Assembly (NCBI RefSeq): GCF_004010195.1
Contig: NC_057719.1
Location: 88,853,405-88,898,602 of the forward strand
Direction of reading: 5' to 3'
From: Chiloscyllium plagiosum
Lineage: Eukaryota
DNA: 45,198 nt
A program made the position numbers and the translations under genes. Positions 25,031 to 36,409 of the stretch are shown here, in pieces (the first letter of the stretch is position 1; the number at the start of each line of letters is the position of its first letter). The notes under the pieces are model-generated. The model was given only the letters and a program-made list of their open reading frames with translations. It was not told the DNA's origin and did not search any database.

Positions 25031-25587
25031 TCTAACTAACTATAAAGTTAACTGTAATACTTTGGTAAACTAACAGTTACATATCTGAAATTACTGATCT
25101 AGATTTTGAACTGACTGAACTACAATAGTGACTAATAGCCGCTTCTTCTCACCATTTCAGCTACTGTTTACTAAACAACCTTTATCTTAACATACTTAAC
25201 TTTTTATACCCACTGTAGCAAAGTAACTACAGTAACTAATATCTGTACTACTGACCTCAACCTGTTGTTCATCACTTAACTATTTAGCCTGGTTAATTCT
25301 TTGAAAGAACTTTGCATCTTTTCATTCCCCACAACTGACACCACCAGTTCTGATATTTTATTTTCAGATGAAACCATGCTTGTTTAATCTATACCCTTGT
25401 TCCATATTGCAAACACAAGCATTCATATAAAAGGGTTGAAGCATACTGCCAATTAAGGGCAAAACTTCAACACTACCTTACAACTAAAAAATATATGGAA
25501 TCTCAAAGTATCAAAACACATTCTATTCCCAATAATAGAAAAAAACTTTCACAATCGTGTGATGAAAATGCAACAAATAAAGTGACA

Positions 25588-25928
25588 TCTGCTGAAGGTG
25601 GGAGGCTGGAAGAACAAAAAAAGCCAGGCAGCATCAGGAGGTGGAAAAGTTGAAATTTTGGGTGTAACTCTTCTTCAGGGCTGGGAGTGGGTTGTAGGGG
25701 TAGCTGCAGATAAAGAGGGTGGCGGGGCAGAGTGGTGAAGACAGGTAGAGGGTACAACGTGGTTCGTCAATGAGAGGAATGAATCCAGTTGTGGCAGGGA
25801 GGAGTGGAAGGGAGGGGGAGGGGCTGGGAAGGTAGTCGGGGGATGGGAAGGAAGGTTATTTAAAATTGGAGAACTCAATGTTGAGTCCCTGGGGTTGTTG
25901 GCTGTCCAGGTGGAAGATGAGATGTTCA
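25588..25928 (-). mobile_element. PLE 3' fragment with a degenerate hammerhead at about 25648-25680
   Basis: minus strand gives EHLIFHLDSQQPQGLNIEF and CTGAAGA-a-GAGT-tac-ACCC-AAAA. Confidence 0.7.
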
Positions 25929-26107
25929 TGTGTGTATTATAATGTTAGTAAATAGGCAAAAGTTGGATATGGAAAATAATGTGGGAAAATTGTTCATGTT
26001 GTTCATTTTGGAAGGAAGAAGGCCACAAAGGGATTAGGAGCAAATTGTGGATGAAATACAGAAAACTAGCATATAAATGCAGCAGGTAATCAGGAAAGCT
26101 AATTGAT

Positions 26108-27413
26108 GTGGTTCTGTTCGCCGAGCTGGGAATTTGTGTTGCAGACGTTTCGTCCCCTGTCTAGGTGACATCCTCAGTGCTTGGGAGCCTCCTGTGAAGC
26201 GCTTCTGTGATCTTTCCTCCGGCATTTGTAGTGGTTTGAATCTGCTGCTTCCGGTTGTCAGTTCCAGCTGACGTTGCAGTGGCCGGTATATTGGGTCCAG
26301 ATCGATATACCTTTGTGGTGAATTCTCCGTTAGGTGTTCTCTGTACCATCATGTCTAGGAATGGGAGTTGGTTGTCCTTTTCTTCCTCTCTAGTGAATCG
26401 GATTCCTGTGAGTGTGGCGTTGATGATCCGATGTGGGTTCTCTATTTCTGTGTTTTTAATGATTAGAAAGGTGTCATCCACATATCTGACCCAGAGTTTG
26501 GGTTGAATTGCGGTAAGACTGTTTGTTCTAATCTTTGCATTACCGCTTCTGCCATGAGTCCAGAGATGGGTGAGCCCATGGGTGTGCCATTGATTTGTTC
26601 ATATATTTGGTTGTTGAATGTGAAGTGTGTTGTGAGGCACAGGTCCAGTAGTTTGAGTATGCCGTCTTTGTTAATAGGTTCAACATCCTGTTGTCTGTTC
26701 TGTATGTCAGCAGGTTGGCTACTGTTTCTCTGGCTAGGGTTTTGTCGATAGAGGTGAACAGTGCCGTTACATCGAATGAGACCATGGTTTCTTCCTTGTC
26801 TATGTGTATATTTCTGATGATGTCCAAGAATTCCTGTGTTTATACAAAGGTATACAGGAAAGCCACTCACACAGATCAAGTCCTGAACTACGAAAGCAAC
26901 CACCCCAACACACACAAAAGAAGTTGCGTCAAGACACTATTCAAAAGAGCCACAACACACTGCAGTACACCAGAACTGCAAAAAGAGGAAGAAGAACACC
27001 TATACAATGTATTCGCCAAAAATAGATACCCGCGCAATTTCATCAACAGATGCCTAAGGGAAAGACAACAGAATGAGGACATGCCACAACCCAAAGGACT
27101 AGGGGAATTTGTGTTGCAGATGTTTTGTCCCCTGTCTAGGTGACATCGTCAGGGCTTGGGAGCTTCCTGTGAAGCCCATCTGGGATGTTTTTTCCGACAT
27201 TTATAGGACAGCTGGAACTGACAACCGGAAGCGGCAGATTCAAACCACTACAAATGCTGGAGGAAAGATTACAGAAGCGCTTCACAGGAGGCTCCCAAGC
27301 ACTGAGGATGTCACCTAGACAGGGGACAAAACGTCTGCAACACAAATTCCCAGCTCGGCGAACAGAACCACAACAACGAGCACCCGAGCTACGAATCTTC
27401 TCACAAACTTTGA
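26108..27413. mobile_element. Penelope element (Poseidon-like RT), inverted and rearranged, with three terminal-repeat copies
   Basis: minus strand: VSFDVTALFTSID, GTPMGSPIS, RYVDDTF, LPFLDM; plus strand: VYRKATHTDQVLNYESNHP; TSD aaagctaattgat at 26095-26107 and 27414-27426. Confidence 0.92.
26141..26180 (-). ncRNA. hammerhead ribozyme motif, intact core
   Basis: GCA-CTGAGGA-t-GTC-acctagacaggg-GAC-GAAAC-GTC-TGC; stem I GCA/TGC and stem II GTC/GAC pair. Confidence 0.75.
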
Positions 27414-28357
27414 AAAGCTAATTGATTTGGCCTTTATTTCAAGGGGGTTGGAGTGTCAGAGTACATTGGAAAGACCACATTGTTGTATTGTGAGCAGTTT
27501 TGGTCCCCTTATTTAAGGAAATATACATTTCATTGCAGGCAATTCAAGCAAGATTCACTACAATGAGCCTATGTATGGTTCCCTTGTCTAATCAGCAAAG
27601 ATTAAGCAGGTTAGGTCTCCACTTGTTAGAAATCACAGCAATGAGAGATATTCTCACTGAAACAAAAAGGATTCTTCAGGAGCTTGACAGGGTAAATGCT
27701 GATAGGATGTTTCCCTTCAAAGGGGAGTCTTGGTCTAGAGAGCACAGTCTAAGGATAAAAGGGTATCAATTTAAGACTGAGATGAGGAGAAACTATTCTT
27801 CTGAGAAGGTTCTTTGGAACTCCTTGCCACAGGGAGTGTAGTAGCACAGTCCTCATGGTTATTTAAGTTCGAGCTAGATTCTTGGCCAGTAGGGAAATCA
27901 AGAGTTACAGAGAAAGGGAAAGGACGCGGACGTGAGAAGTGTTGAAACTGCCATGTTCCTATTGAATGGCAGAGTGGGCTCAAGGGACTGCCTACTCCTG
28001 TTTCTAGTTCTAATGGTCTTATTTTCCACCTAATAATGTGATCTTGTCTGCTTGTAAAGGCATGGGCTTCACTGATTAGGATTTACTCTCTCACACAAAA
28101 TGACACTTGACCAAATAGCAGTTTGATAGAAGACTTTTTTGATCCTTAAGACGAAGAAATGCAACAGGGCACTAATAATCAGAAAACCAAGACTGCTTTA
28201 GTATTGGTTCATTTGCTTACAAGATTTACCATGTGGCTAACTGATAATAGATTAATACTTGACAAATTCCTTCAAAGCAACACAGTGTAATGAAAATACA
28301 ACACACCAGTACTTTATTATATTTGTTACACAACTCAATAAACAACAATTGGCAACC

Positions 28358-28443
28358 TAATGAAGGGCTTATGCCTGAAACGTCGATATTTCTGCTCCTC
28401 TGATGCTGTCTGACCTGCTGTGCTTTGCCAGCACCACACGCTC
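28358..28443 (+). mobile_element. stand-alone hammerhead module with a 17-bp TSD
   Basis: aacaacaattggcaacc at 28341-28357 and 28444-28460; core decayed to CTAATGA. Confidence 0.85.
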
Positions 28444-28871
28444 AACAACAATTGGCAACCATTTTGTAGACTTAATAAGATAATTCAACACAGTCTTCTG
28501 ATGGTGTCTATCACATAGGATCACAAAAATTCCAAACAAAATTAATGGAAATTTTTAATTGTATCCTGACTTCTTTACTGCATTGAAATGACAAAGATCA
28601 AAACTGGCAAATTTATTTTTAAAATGACTTAAAACAATGAAAATATGTAATATTTTTACCATTAGTTATGTAGTTTGCTTTGCTCACTCGAATAGCCTCG
28701 ACCTGGCATTAGCCCAAGTAGCAATGCTCTCAATCTGAGTTCGTGCTTTTCATATTGGTATTAGCTACACTGACAAGATTATGACAAAGAACATCAATCT
28801 TGCAGCGCCTTATAGGATTGAAGTTTAATGGTGTAAGGCCAAAAGGATTATTAAAGGAACAAGTTCTGTTC

Positions 28872-29185
28872 TTTATTTGTTTGGGGTCTGTGGGTGTTGC
28901 TGGCTAGGCCAGCATTTATTACCTATCTTAACTGCCTAGAGGGCAGTAAAGAATCAATTACATTATTATGGGTCTGAAATCATTTGCAAGACAGACCAGT
29001 AAGAATGGAAGATTTCTTTCCCTAAAGGACATTAGTGAAGCAGATGGTTTTTAGGACAATTGCTATATGGTGAACATTAGAATAGTTCTAAACTGAGTTT
29101 TAAAATTGAAATTTCAAAATTTTGTGCCCAGAATATTAGCTTGAGTTTCTGCATTACTAGCTCTTTGACATTACTGCTATACCAC
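28872..29185 (-). mobile_element. SacSINE/DeuSINE-like tRNA-derived SINE
   Basis: minus strand: gtggtatagcagtaatgtc head, ccatctgcttcactaatgtcctttagggaaag core, aataaatgctggcctagccagc tail. Confidence 0.7.
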
Positions 29186-30773
29186 GACAATACCTCACCT
29201 TGTGGTAAAGAAATAAGGTGTGTCTACAGGAATTAAGTATGAGGCATTTAAAATGTAATAAAAGAGAAAAATCCAAACTAGCAAAACCTGTTATCATTAA
29301 ATCTGTTTTGTCCTCCACTTATCACAAACCGTCCCTGTTGTTCTCCTCTCCACCCCTTTTTCCCTACACTTGCTCACAATCTATTACATTTCCAAGTTTC
29401 CATAATTCTGGTGTGTGGTAACAAATCTGAAATGTTGGTTGGGATAGTGCCAGACTTCTGGGGACAGGCTGGGAGGTGGGATGTCTCACAAAATGGCACT
29501 GCATAACATTGGAAGGATTGTAGATAACATTCTGACCACCAGAGAATACTTTTGTGGTGGGGCTGGTGGTAAGGCAGCTGCACACTAATGAGAGGCAGGA
29601 GGCCATCAAAACTATTAGCAGGCCACAAAGGAATTATTCCCACACCTGCCAGCATTTTCATGGCATATGAAAAGGATCCTGCCATGTGGCGAGACCCCAG
29701 GTAAGCTGTGGTGGCTAACCTATGGGCTCCTGTTGAGTCAGAGGGGTGTGACGCATCTTTTATGGCTACTCCACAGCTTCCCAGTAGCAATACTGGCTCC
29801 AATGTCACCACTAAAGAATTAATGCCAGGACCTGCCTGTATGTGAAACACAGAAAGACCTCCCTGGCCTTTGAGGCACCCAAACATGGAAGAACCCTTAG
29901 CAGTAGACATTTCTAATCAGTGGCACTGTTACCGATGGCAAATTGCCAGCCTTCTGATTGGGCTGACACTTCAGATTCAAGCCACTATCCTCAACTGTTG
30001 TGGCAAACAATCTGAAGTTCTATCTCCAAATAAAATGCCACCCAGGTCCTACAGTGTGTCCTCTGGCTCACAACTTACTTTTGATTCTGGTCAACTGGAA
30101 TTGATAATGGCGATTAATATTATTTCTCTTTCTACAGGTGGTGTCAGAACTGCTAAGTGTCTCCAAGTTTGGTTTTTAATTCAGAATTTTAATTTCTTAA
30201 AGTATTTTGCTTCTGTACTAACATCTTACATAGATTTCTTGAGCATGAATCATTTTACATACCTGAATTAAAAATAAGCAGCACTTTGCCAATTTTACAA
30301 ATAACACAAAACACATACCAAAGTCAAAAACGAGATCTTTCTCAAACCACATGAGCTTGCTAGCGTTCTACAAAGACCATAGTGAAGAACCAGCAAACAG
30401 CTGACAAGTGCATCCCTCCATCTGATCAAGCAGCTGTTAAGTGGGTCTCATACCCAGCGAAAATACATGGATACTCCTTGTCAAGAAAATCAGGTTCCTC
30501 AAGGTCAGGGCAGGCCATTAGCAATGCTCATAAAAGTTATAATGAGGCTTGGCTTTTACGCAGAACAAAGACGGACTTTTCTTTAAACCAGTCATTAGGA
30601 ATGGCAACTTGATCTGTAAACTCAATTGGTGATAAGAGTAGCACAAGCAAGACCTACAGGATCTCTACTCACACAAGCACCATGCACATTTTCTTAATCT
30701 TGTTACATAGCTTGTCCTCCACTAAAGTACCAATTTGCAAAATCCCATTTCAAAAAAAAGTAAGAAATCCTGT

Positions 30774-31684
30774 GTCATAGAGTCATAGAGATGTACAGCA
30801 TGGAAACAGACCCTTCGGTCTAACCCGTCCATGCCGACCAGATATCCCAATCCAATCTAGACTCACCTGCCAGCACCTGGCCCATATCCCTTCGAACCCT
30901 TCCTATTCATATACCCATCCAAATGCCTCTTAAATGTCGCAATTATACTAGCCTCCACCACTTCCATACACATACCACCCTCTGTGTGAAAAAGTTGCCC
31001 CTTCAGTCTTTTTTATATCTTTCCCCTCTCACCCTAAACCTATGCTCTCTAGTTCTGGAATCCCCCATCCCAGGGAAAAGACTTTGTCTATTTATCCTAT
31101 CCATGCCCCTCATAACTTTGTAAACCTCTATAAGGTTTATAGAGGTTCCGACGCTCCAGGGAAAACAGCCCAAACCTGTTCAGCTTCTCCCTATAGCTCA
31201 AATCCTCCAACACTGGCAACATCCTTGTAAATCTTTTCTGAACCCTTTCAAGTTTCACAACATCTTTCCGATAGGAAAGAGACCAGAACTGCACGCAATA
31301 TTCCAACAGTGGCCTAACCAATGTCCTGTACAGCCGCAACATGACCTCCCAACCCCTGTACTCAATACTTTGACCAATAAAAGAAAGCATGCCAAATGCC
31401 TTCTTCACTATCCTATCTACCTGCGACTCTACTTTCAATGAGTTATGAACCTGCACTCCAAATCTCTTTGTTCAGCAACACTCCTGAGGACCTGACCATT
31501 AAGTGTATAAGTGCTGCAAAGATTTGCTTTCTCAAAATGCAGCACCTCGCATTTATTTGAATTAAACCCCATCTGCCACGGCTCAGCCTATTGGCCGTCT
31601 GATCAAGATCCTGTTGTAATCTGCCCCTCTTCGCTGTCCACCACACCTCCAATTTTGGTGTCATCTGCAAATTTACTAACTGTA
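30774..31684 (-). mobile_element. CR1 LINE 3' part
   Basis: ORF 31097..31456 LYRTLVRPLLEYCVQFWS...RVQKRFTRML; ctatgact tail repeats. Confidence 0.93.
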
Positions 31685-31787
31685 TAAATCCCCAGAACCT
31701 GATCAGGTATACCCAAGAACTCTGTGGGACGCTAGAGAGGTGACTGCTGGGCCTCTTGCTAAGATATTTGTATCATCGATAGTCCAC
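31685..31787 (+). mobile_element. inverted CR1 fragment abutting the previous copy
   Basis: KSPEPDQVYPRTLWDAREVTAGPLAKIFVSS. Confidence 0.8.
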
Positions 31788-31869
31788 TGGGATTTGAGTA
31801 ATTAATTCTCTCTTCACACTTCAGAGCCCCAATTGGATTTAACCCTTGATACACTCCATTGCAAACAGC

Positions 31870-32373
31870 ATAATACACTTAACAGGGTGGTGAAGGTGGT
31901 GTTTGGTAGGCATGTCTTATTTGGTCAGAGTATTGAGTATAAGAGTTGGTATGTCACTTTACAGCTGTACAAGACATTGGTAAAGCCACACTTGGGATGC
32001 TGTGTACAATTCTAGTCACATTGCTATAGGAGGGTTGTAAAAAACTGGAAAGGGTGTAACAAAGATTTACAAGGATGTTACCAAGACTGGAGGGTGAGAG
32101 TTACAAGGAGAAGCTGGATAGACTGGAATTTTTTCCTCTGGAGTGTAGGAGGCTGAGGGTTTACCTTATACAGGTTTATAAAATCATGAGGGGCATAGAT
32201 AAGCTGAATAGCTTACGGAAGTGTAAAATGAGAGGACACAGGTTTAAGGTGAGAAGAGAAAGATATAAAAGGGACCTGAGGGGTAACCATCTCACACAGA
32301 GGGTGGTGCATATATTGAATGAGCTGCCGGAGGAAGTGGTGGAGGTTGGTACAGTTACGACATTTAAAAGACA
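31870..32373 (+). mobile_element. CR1 3' part, resuming briefly at 32976-32995
   Basis: LYKTLVKPHLGCCVQF; TQRVVHILNELPEEVVE...FKRH, then ttggacaagtac after the insert. Confidence 0.88.
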
Positions 32374-32975
32374 TGTGACATTTAACAAGGTTAGGTTGTC
32401 CTTGGGTTTTTTTCAGTGCGGTCATAAACACAGAGGTTCCAGGAGGTCTGGTTTGGATGGATTTTGAGAAAGGCTTTCAACTTTTTAAAAAACATCCGTA
32501 CAATGAACGGACAGTGGCCCGTTCTCCCAGTTCAGCTTTTCTTTGGTTTGGTTTGGTTTTAGCAAATGGTCTGGTTTTTTTGAGGCTGCTGGTAAAAGAA
32601 ACAGCTACATGGAAGAAGGTGTTCCATGCTGAATCTCTCTGACATCTCTCTCTCCTATAAGTTCCTGTGTTTGATTTTACTTTTTTTGCCAAGGGATGTT
32701 CATGGGGATTGTTGCGGGAACTTGGAACAGCATCATTAAATTGGGATAGTCTGTTGGGTTTTCAGATAGATTAAGATATTCTGGATTCTGTTCTCTTTTG
32801 TTCGTGTTTCATTGAGTACTCTAAATAAATTCTGTTTTGATTAAAACTGTGGGGTTTTGACCATCTGCATCACTCCTGGAATATCCACCTTGCACTTGCT
32901 TAAAAGAACTAGAAAAGATAGGGTGTGGGCTACCTTCTTGAAATGTTTTGAGGGGTTCTGGCCTGGTCCATAATC
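32374..32975 (+). mobile_element. probable solo LTR, about 600 bp
   Basis: starts TGTGAC, interrupts CR1 cleanly with gaca/gata flanks, AATAAA at 32824-32829; 3' end is not a canonical CA. Confidence 0.55.
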
Positions 32976-32995
32976 GATATTTGGACAAGTACACA

Positions 32996-34125
32996 GAGTG
33001 CAAATCAGAGTCGAAGAGTGTGGTGCTGGAAAAGCACACCCGGTCAAGAAGCATCCGAGACGCAGGAGAGTCGACGTTTTGAGCATAAGCTCTTCATCAG
33101 GAATGAGGGAGTGGCCCAAGGGGGTGGAAGATAAATGGAAGGGAGTGGGGCTGGAGAGGAAAGGTAGCTGGGAATGTAGATGAAGATGGGGATGAAGGTG
33201 ATAAGTCGAAGAGGAGGGTGGAGCAAATAGGTGGGAAGGAAGATAGGCAGGTAGGATAGCTCAAGAGGACCATGCCAAGTTGGACGGTTGGATCTGGGAT
33301 AAGGTGGGGAAAAAGGAAATGGAGAAACTGGTGAAATCCACATTGATCCCATGTGGTTGGAGGGTCCCAAGGTGGAAGAACAGGCGTTCTTTCTCCAGGC
33401 GTGAGTGGAGGAGGCCCAGGATTGCGTGTCCTTAGCAGTGTCGAAGGGGGAGGTAGAGTGCTCAGCTACAGAACAGTGGAGTTGTTTAGTGTGTGTGTAG
33501 CAGAAATGTTTTTTGAAACTTTCCGCAAGTTGGTGCCCTGTCTCCCCAATGTAGAGGAGACCAAATCGAGAGCAACCGACACAGTAGATGACGTGTGTGG
33601 AAGTACAGGTAAATCTCTGTCGGATGTGGAAGGATCCTTTGTGGCCTCAGACAGAGGTGAGGGGGTGTGTGGGCACAGGTTTTGTACTTCTTGCAGTGGC
33701 AGGGGAAGGTGCCAGGAGTGCAGGGTGGGTTGGTGGGGGGCGTGAACCTAACAAGGGAGACACAGAGGGAATGGTCTCTCCAGAATGCAGATAGGGGTGG
33801 GGAGAGAAATATATCCCTGGTGGTGGGGTCTGTTTGTAGGTGGCAGAAATGGCAGAGGACGATGTAATGTATCCCGAGGGTGGGGTGGAAGAACTTGGTT
33901 GGGTGAGGGGGGGGGGGGGTTTGTTCTGTCCTTGTTGCGATTGGAAGGGTGGGGTTGAAGGGTGCAGGTATGAGAAGTGAAGCAGATGCACTGGAGGGCA
34001 CTGTTAACCATGTGGGAGGGGCAATTGCAGTCTTTGAAGGAGGCCATCTGGAATGTTTTATGGTGGAATTGGTCCTCCTGGGAGCAGGTCTGGTGGAGGC
34101 AGACGAATTGGGAATAAGGGATAGA
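32996..34125 (-). mobile_element. Penelope-like element 3' part (GIY-YIG) with terminal repeat and hammerhead motif at 33070-33104
   Basis: homologous to 14550-15455; CTGATGA-a-GAGC-ttat-GCTC-AAAAC-GTC on the minus strand. Confidence 0.88.
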
Positions 34126-34421
34126 CACAATGGCTAAATGGCCTCCATCTGCTCCCAGGAGGACCAGTTCCAATATCGAACAACCCAGATGGCCTTTTTC
34201 TTCAAAGACTGCAATTTCCCCCCAGACGTGGCTGACGATGCTCTCCACCGCATCTCCTCCACTTCCCACTCCTCCGTCCTTGAACCCCGCCCCTCCAATC
34301 GCCACCAGGACATAACCCCACTGGTCCTCACCTACCACCATATACATCGTATCATCCATCGTCATTTTCGCCACCTCCAAACGGACCCCACCACCAGGGA
34401 TATATTTCCCTCCCCTCCCCT

Positions 34422-34822
34422 NNNNNNNNNNNNNNNNNNNNNNNNNNNNNNNNNNNNNNNNNNNNNNNNNNNNNNNNNNNNNNNNNNNNNNNNNNNNNNN
34501 NNNNNNNNNNNNNNNNNNNNNNNNNNNNNNNNNNNNNNNNNNNNNNNNNNNNNNNNNNNNNNNNNNNNNNNNNNNNNNNNNNNNNNNNNNNNNNNNNNNN
34601 NNNNNNNNNNNNNNNNNNNNNNNNNNNNNNNNNNNNNNNNNNNNNNNNNNNNNNNNNNNNNNNNNNNNNNNNNNNNNNNNNNNNNNNNNNNNNNNNNNNN
34701 NNNNNNNNNNNNNNNNNNNNNNNNNNNNNNNNNNNNNNNNNNNNNNNNNNNNNNNNNNNNNNNNNNNNNNNNNNNNNNNNNNNNNNNNNNNNNNNNNNNN
34801 NNNNNNNNNNNNNNNNNNNNNN
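34422..34822. other. assembly gap, 401 N
   Basis: run of n. Confidence 0.99.
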
Positions 34823-34946
34823 CGGCCTATCACCCTCACCTTATCACCCTCACCTTAACCTCCTTCCACCTATCGCATTTCCAACGCCCCTCTCCCATGT
34901 CCCTCCTCCCTACCTTTTATCTTAGCCTGCTTGGCACACTTTCCTC

Positions 34947-34982
34947 AGTCCTGAAGAAGGGCTCATGCCCGAAACGTCGATT
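34947..34982 (+). ncRNA. minimal hammerhead ribozyme motif, intact core
   Basis: AGTC-CTGAAGA-a-GGGC-tcat-GCCC-GAAAC-GTC-GATT; stem I AGTC/GATT pairs with one G-U. Confidence 0.72.
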
Positions 34983-35049
34983 CTCCTGCTCCTTGGATGC
35001 TGCCTGACCTGCTGCACTTTTTCAGCAACACATTTTCAGCTCCTTCTGT

Positions 35050-35460
35050 TGATGCCCAAGAGTCTATAATTACCAAATGGATGAACTAACTTGTTCCCTC
35101 CTGATATCCCCAAGTATCACAGAGGCCAGCCTTCAACCAATTCAACTCACTCCACTTAATGTGAAGCGGCAGCTAAGCATACATGGTGATAGGGAGAAGG
35201 GGAGTTACACAAAATTGAATATTCTGTCACAACTGACATACTTTCTGACTGTCCAAAGGCTTTTCACCATCGACAAGGTCAGGTATGCAATGGAATCCTC
35301 AAGAAGCTCAAAGTCATCCTAGTCAAAGCAGATCATTTGATTGGCACTCCATGTGCTTATTCACTAAAGAAGAGCAGGTAACGTTACTAATATTGATGAA
35401 CTTTCACTCTTCCACCTGTCACAGTGTTATATGTAACATTTATAAGATGCTGCTTCATTG
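35050..35460 (+). mobile_element. old CR1/L2-clade LINE remnant
   Basis: ITEASLQPIQLTPLNVKRQL; KVRYAME. Confidence 0.5.
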
Positions 35461-35479
35461 TACAGAATTAGAACACTAC

Positions 35480-36185
35480 TGACATACAGTCATACAGCAC
35501 AGAACCAGACCCTTTGGTCCAAACAATCCATGCCAAACATAATCCCAAACTAAACTTGTCCCACCTGCCTACACCTGACCTATAGACTTCCAAACATTTC
35601 CTATTCATGTATTTATCTAAGTATCTTTTAAACAGTGTAACTATGCCTGCATTCACCATTTCCTCAGGAAGTTCATTCCACATGCAACCACTCTCTGTGT
35701 AAAAGATTTGCCCATATCTTTTTAAATCTCTCTCTTTTCACCTTAAAAATGTGATCCCTAGTCTTGAAATCCCAATCCTAAGGAAAATACACTTTCCATT
35801 AACTCTATCTACACCCTCATGATTTTATAAACTTCTATAAGGTCACCTTCTGTGCTCGAGTGAAAAAAAGTCCCAGCCTATCCAGCCATTCTTTATAACT
35901 CAATCTTCCATACCTGGCAACATCCTGGTAAATTTCTTGTGAAACCTCTTCAGCTTAGTAATATCCTTAATTAATATGTTAATAATAACAGGATGACCAG
36001 AACTGGACACAATACTCTAGAAGAAGCCTCACCAACATCCTGTACAACCCTAACATAACATCCCAATTGTTATACTCAAAAGTTTGAGCAATGAAGGCAA
36101 GCGTTCTAAATGCCTTTTTAACCAACCTATCTGTATGTGACACAAACTTCAAAAAATTATGTATTTGAACCCCAGGTCCCTCTGC
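35480..36185 (-). mobile_element. CR1 LINE 3' end
   Basis: LYRMLVRLLLEYCVQFWS; WNELPEEMVNAG...FKRYLDKYM. Confidence 0.9.
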
Positions 36186-36409
36186 TGAGGCTTTGCTTCC
36201 CAGATAACATATTGTGCCTTTCAAAGTGTCATTGTAACAATACAAAATGTTAAATAAAGTAACTATCTAAACTTTGAAATGAACTGGTGTGTATCAATGA
36301 GGGTACTGTACATTGTATCCAAGGGTACTTGCTCCCGCAATGTTCGACTTCTAATATTTGATTTAATATTTGCTCTTTTCAGTACTTTATAGCAGCAGGA
36401 AGACAAGGA

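Larger units (their letters stand above)
25935..28020 (+). mobile_element. old CR1 3' part split by a Penelope insertion
   Basis: VVHFGRK...QQVIRKAN continues after 27426; FKTEMRRNY; tail ggcagagtgggctcaaggg. Confidence 0.8.
34138..35042 (+). mobile_element. Penelope-like element 3' part spanning the gap, ending in the hammerhead-bearing repeat
   Basis: ICSQEDQFQYRTTQMAFFFKD...PLVLTYH...HFRHLQTDPTTRDIFPSPP. Confidence 0.85.

Noticed and set aside
29374..29910. 178-aa ORF in a GC-richer patch
   Set aside because: No recognisable domain or splice signals; probably an old repeat I cannot classify.
33748..35007. The two longest ORFs (363 and 289 aa)
   Set aside because: They read through the N gap; the real part is PLE remnant.
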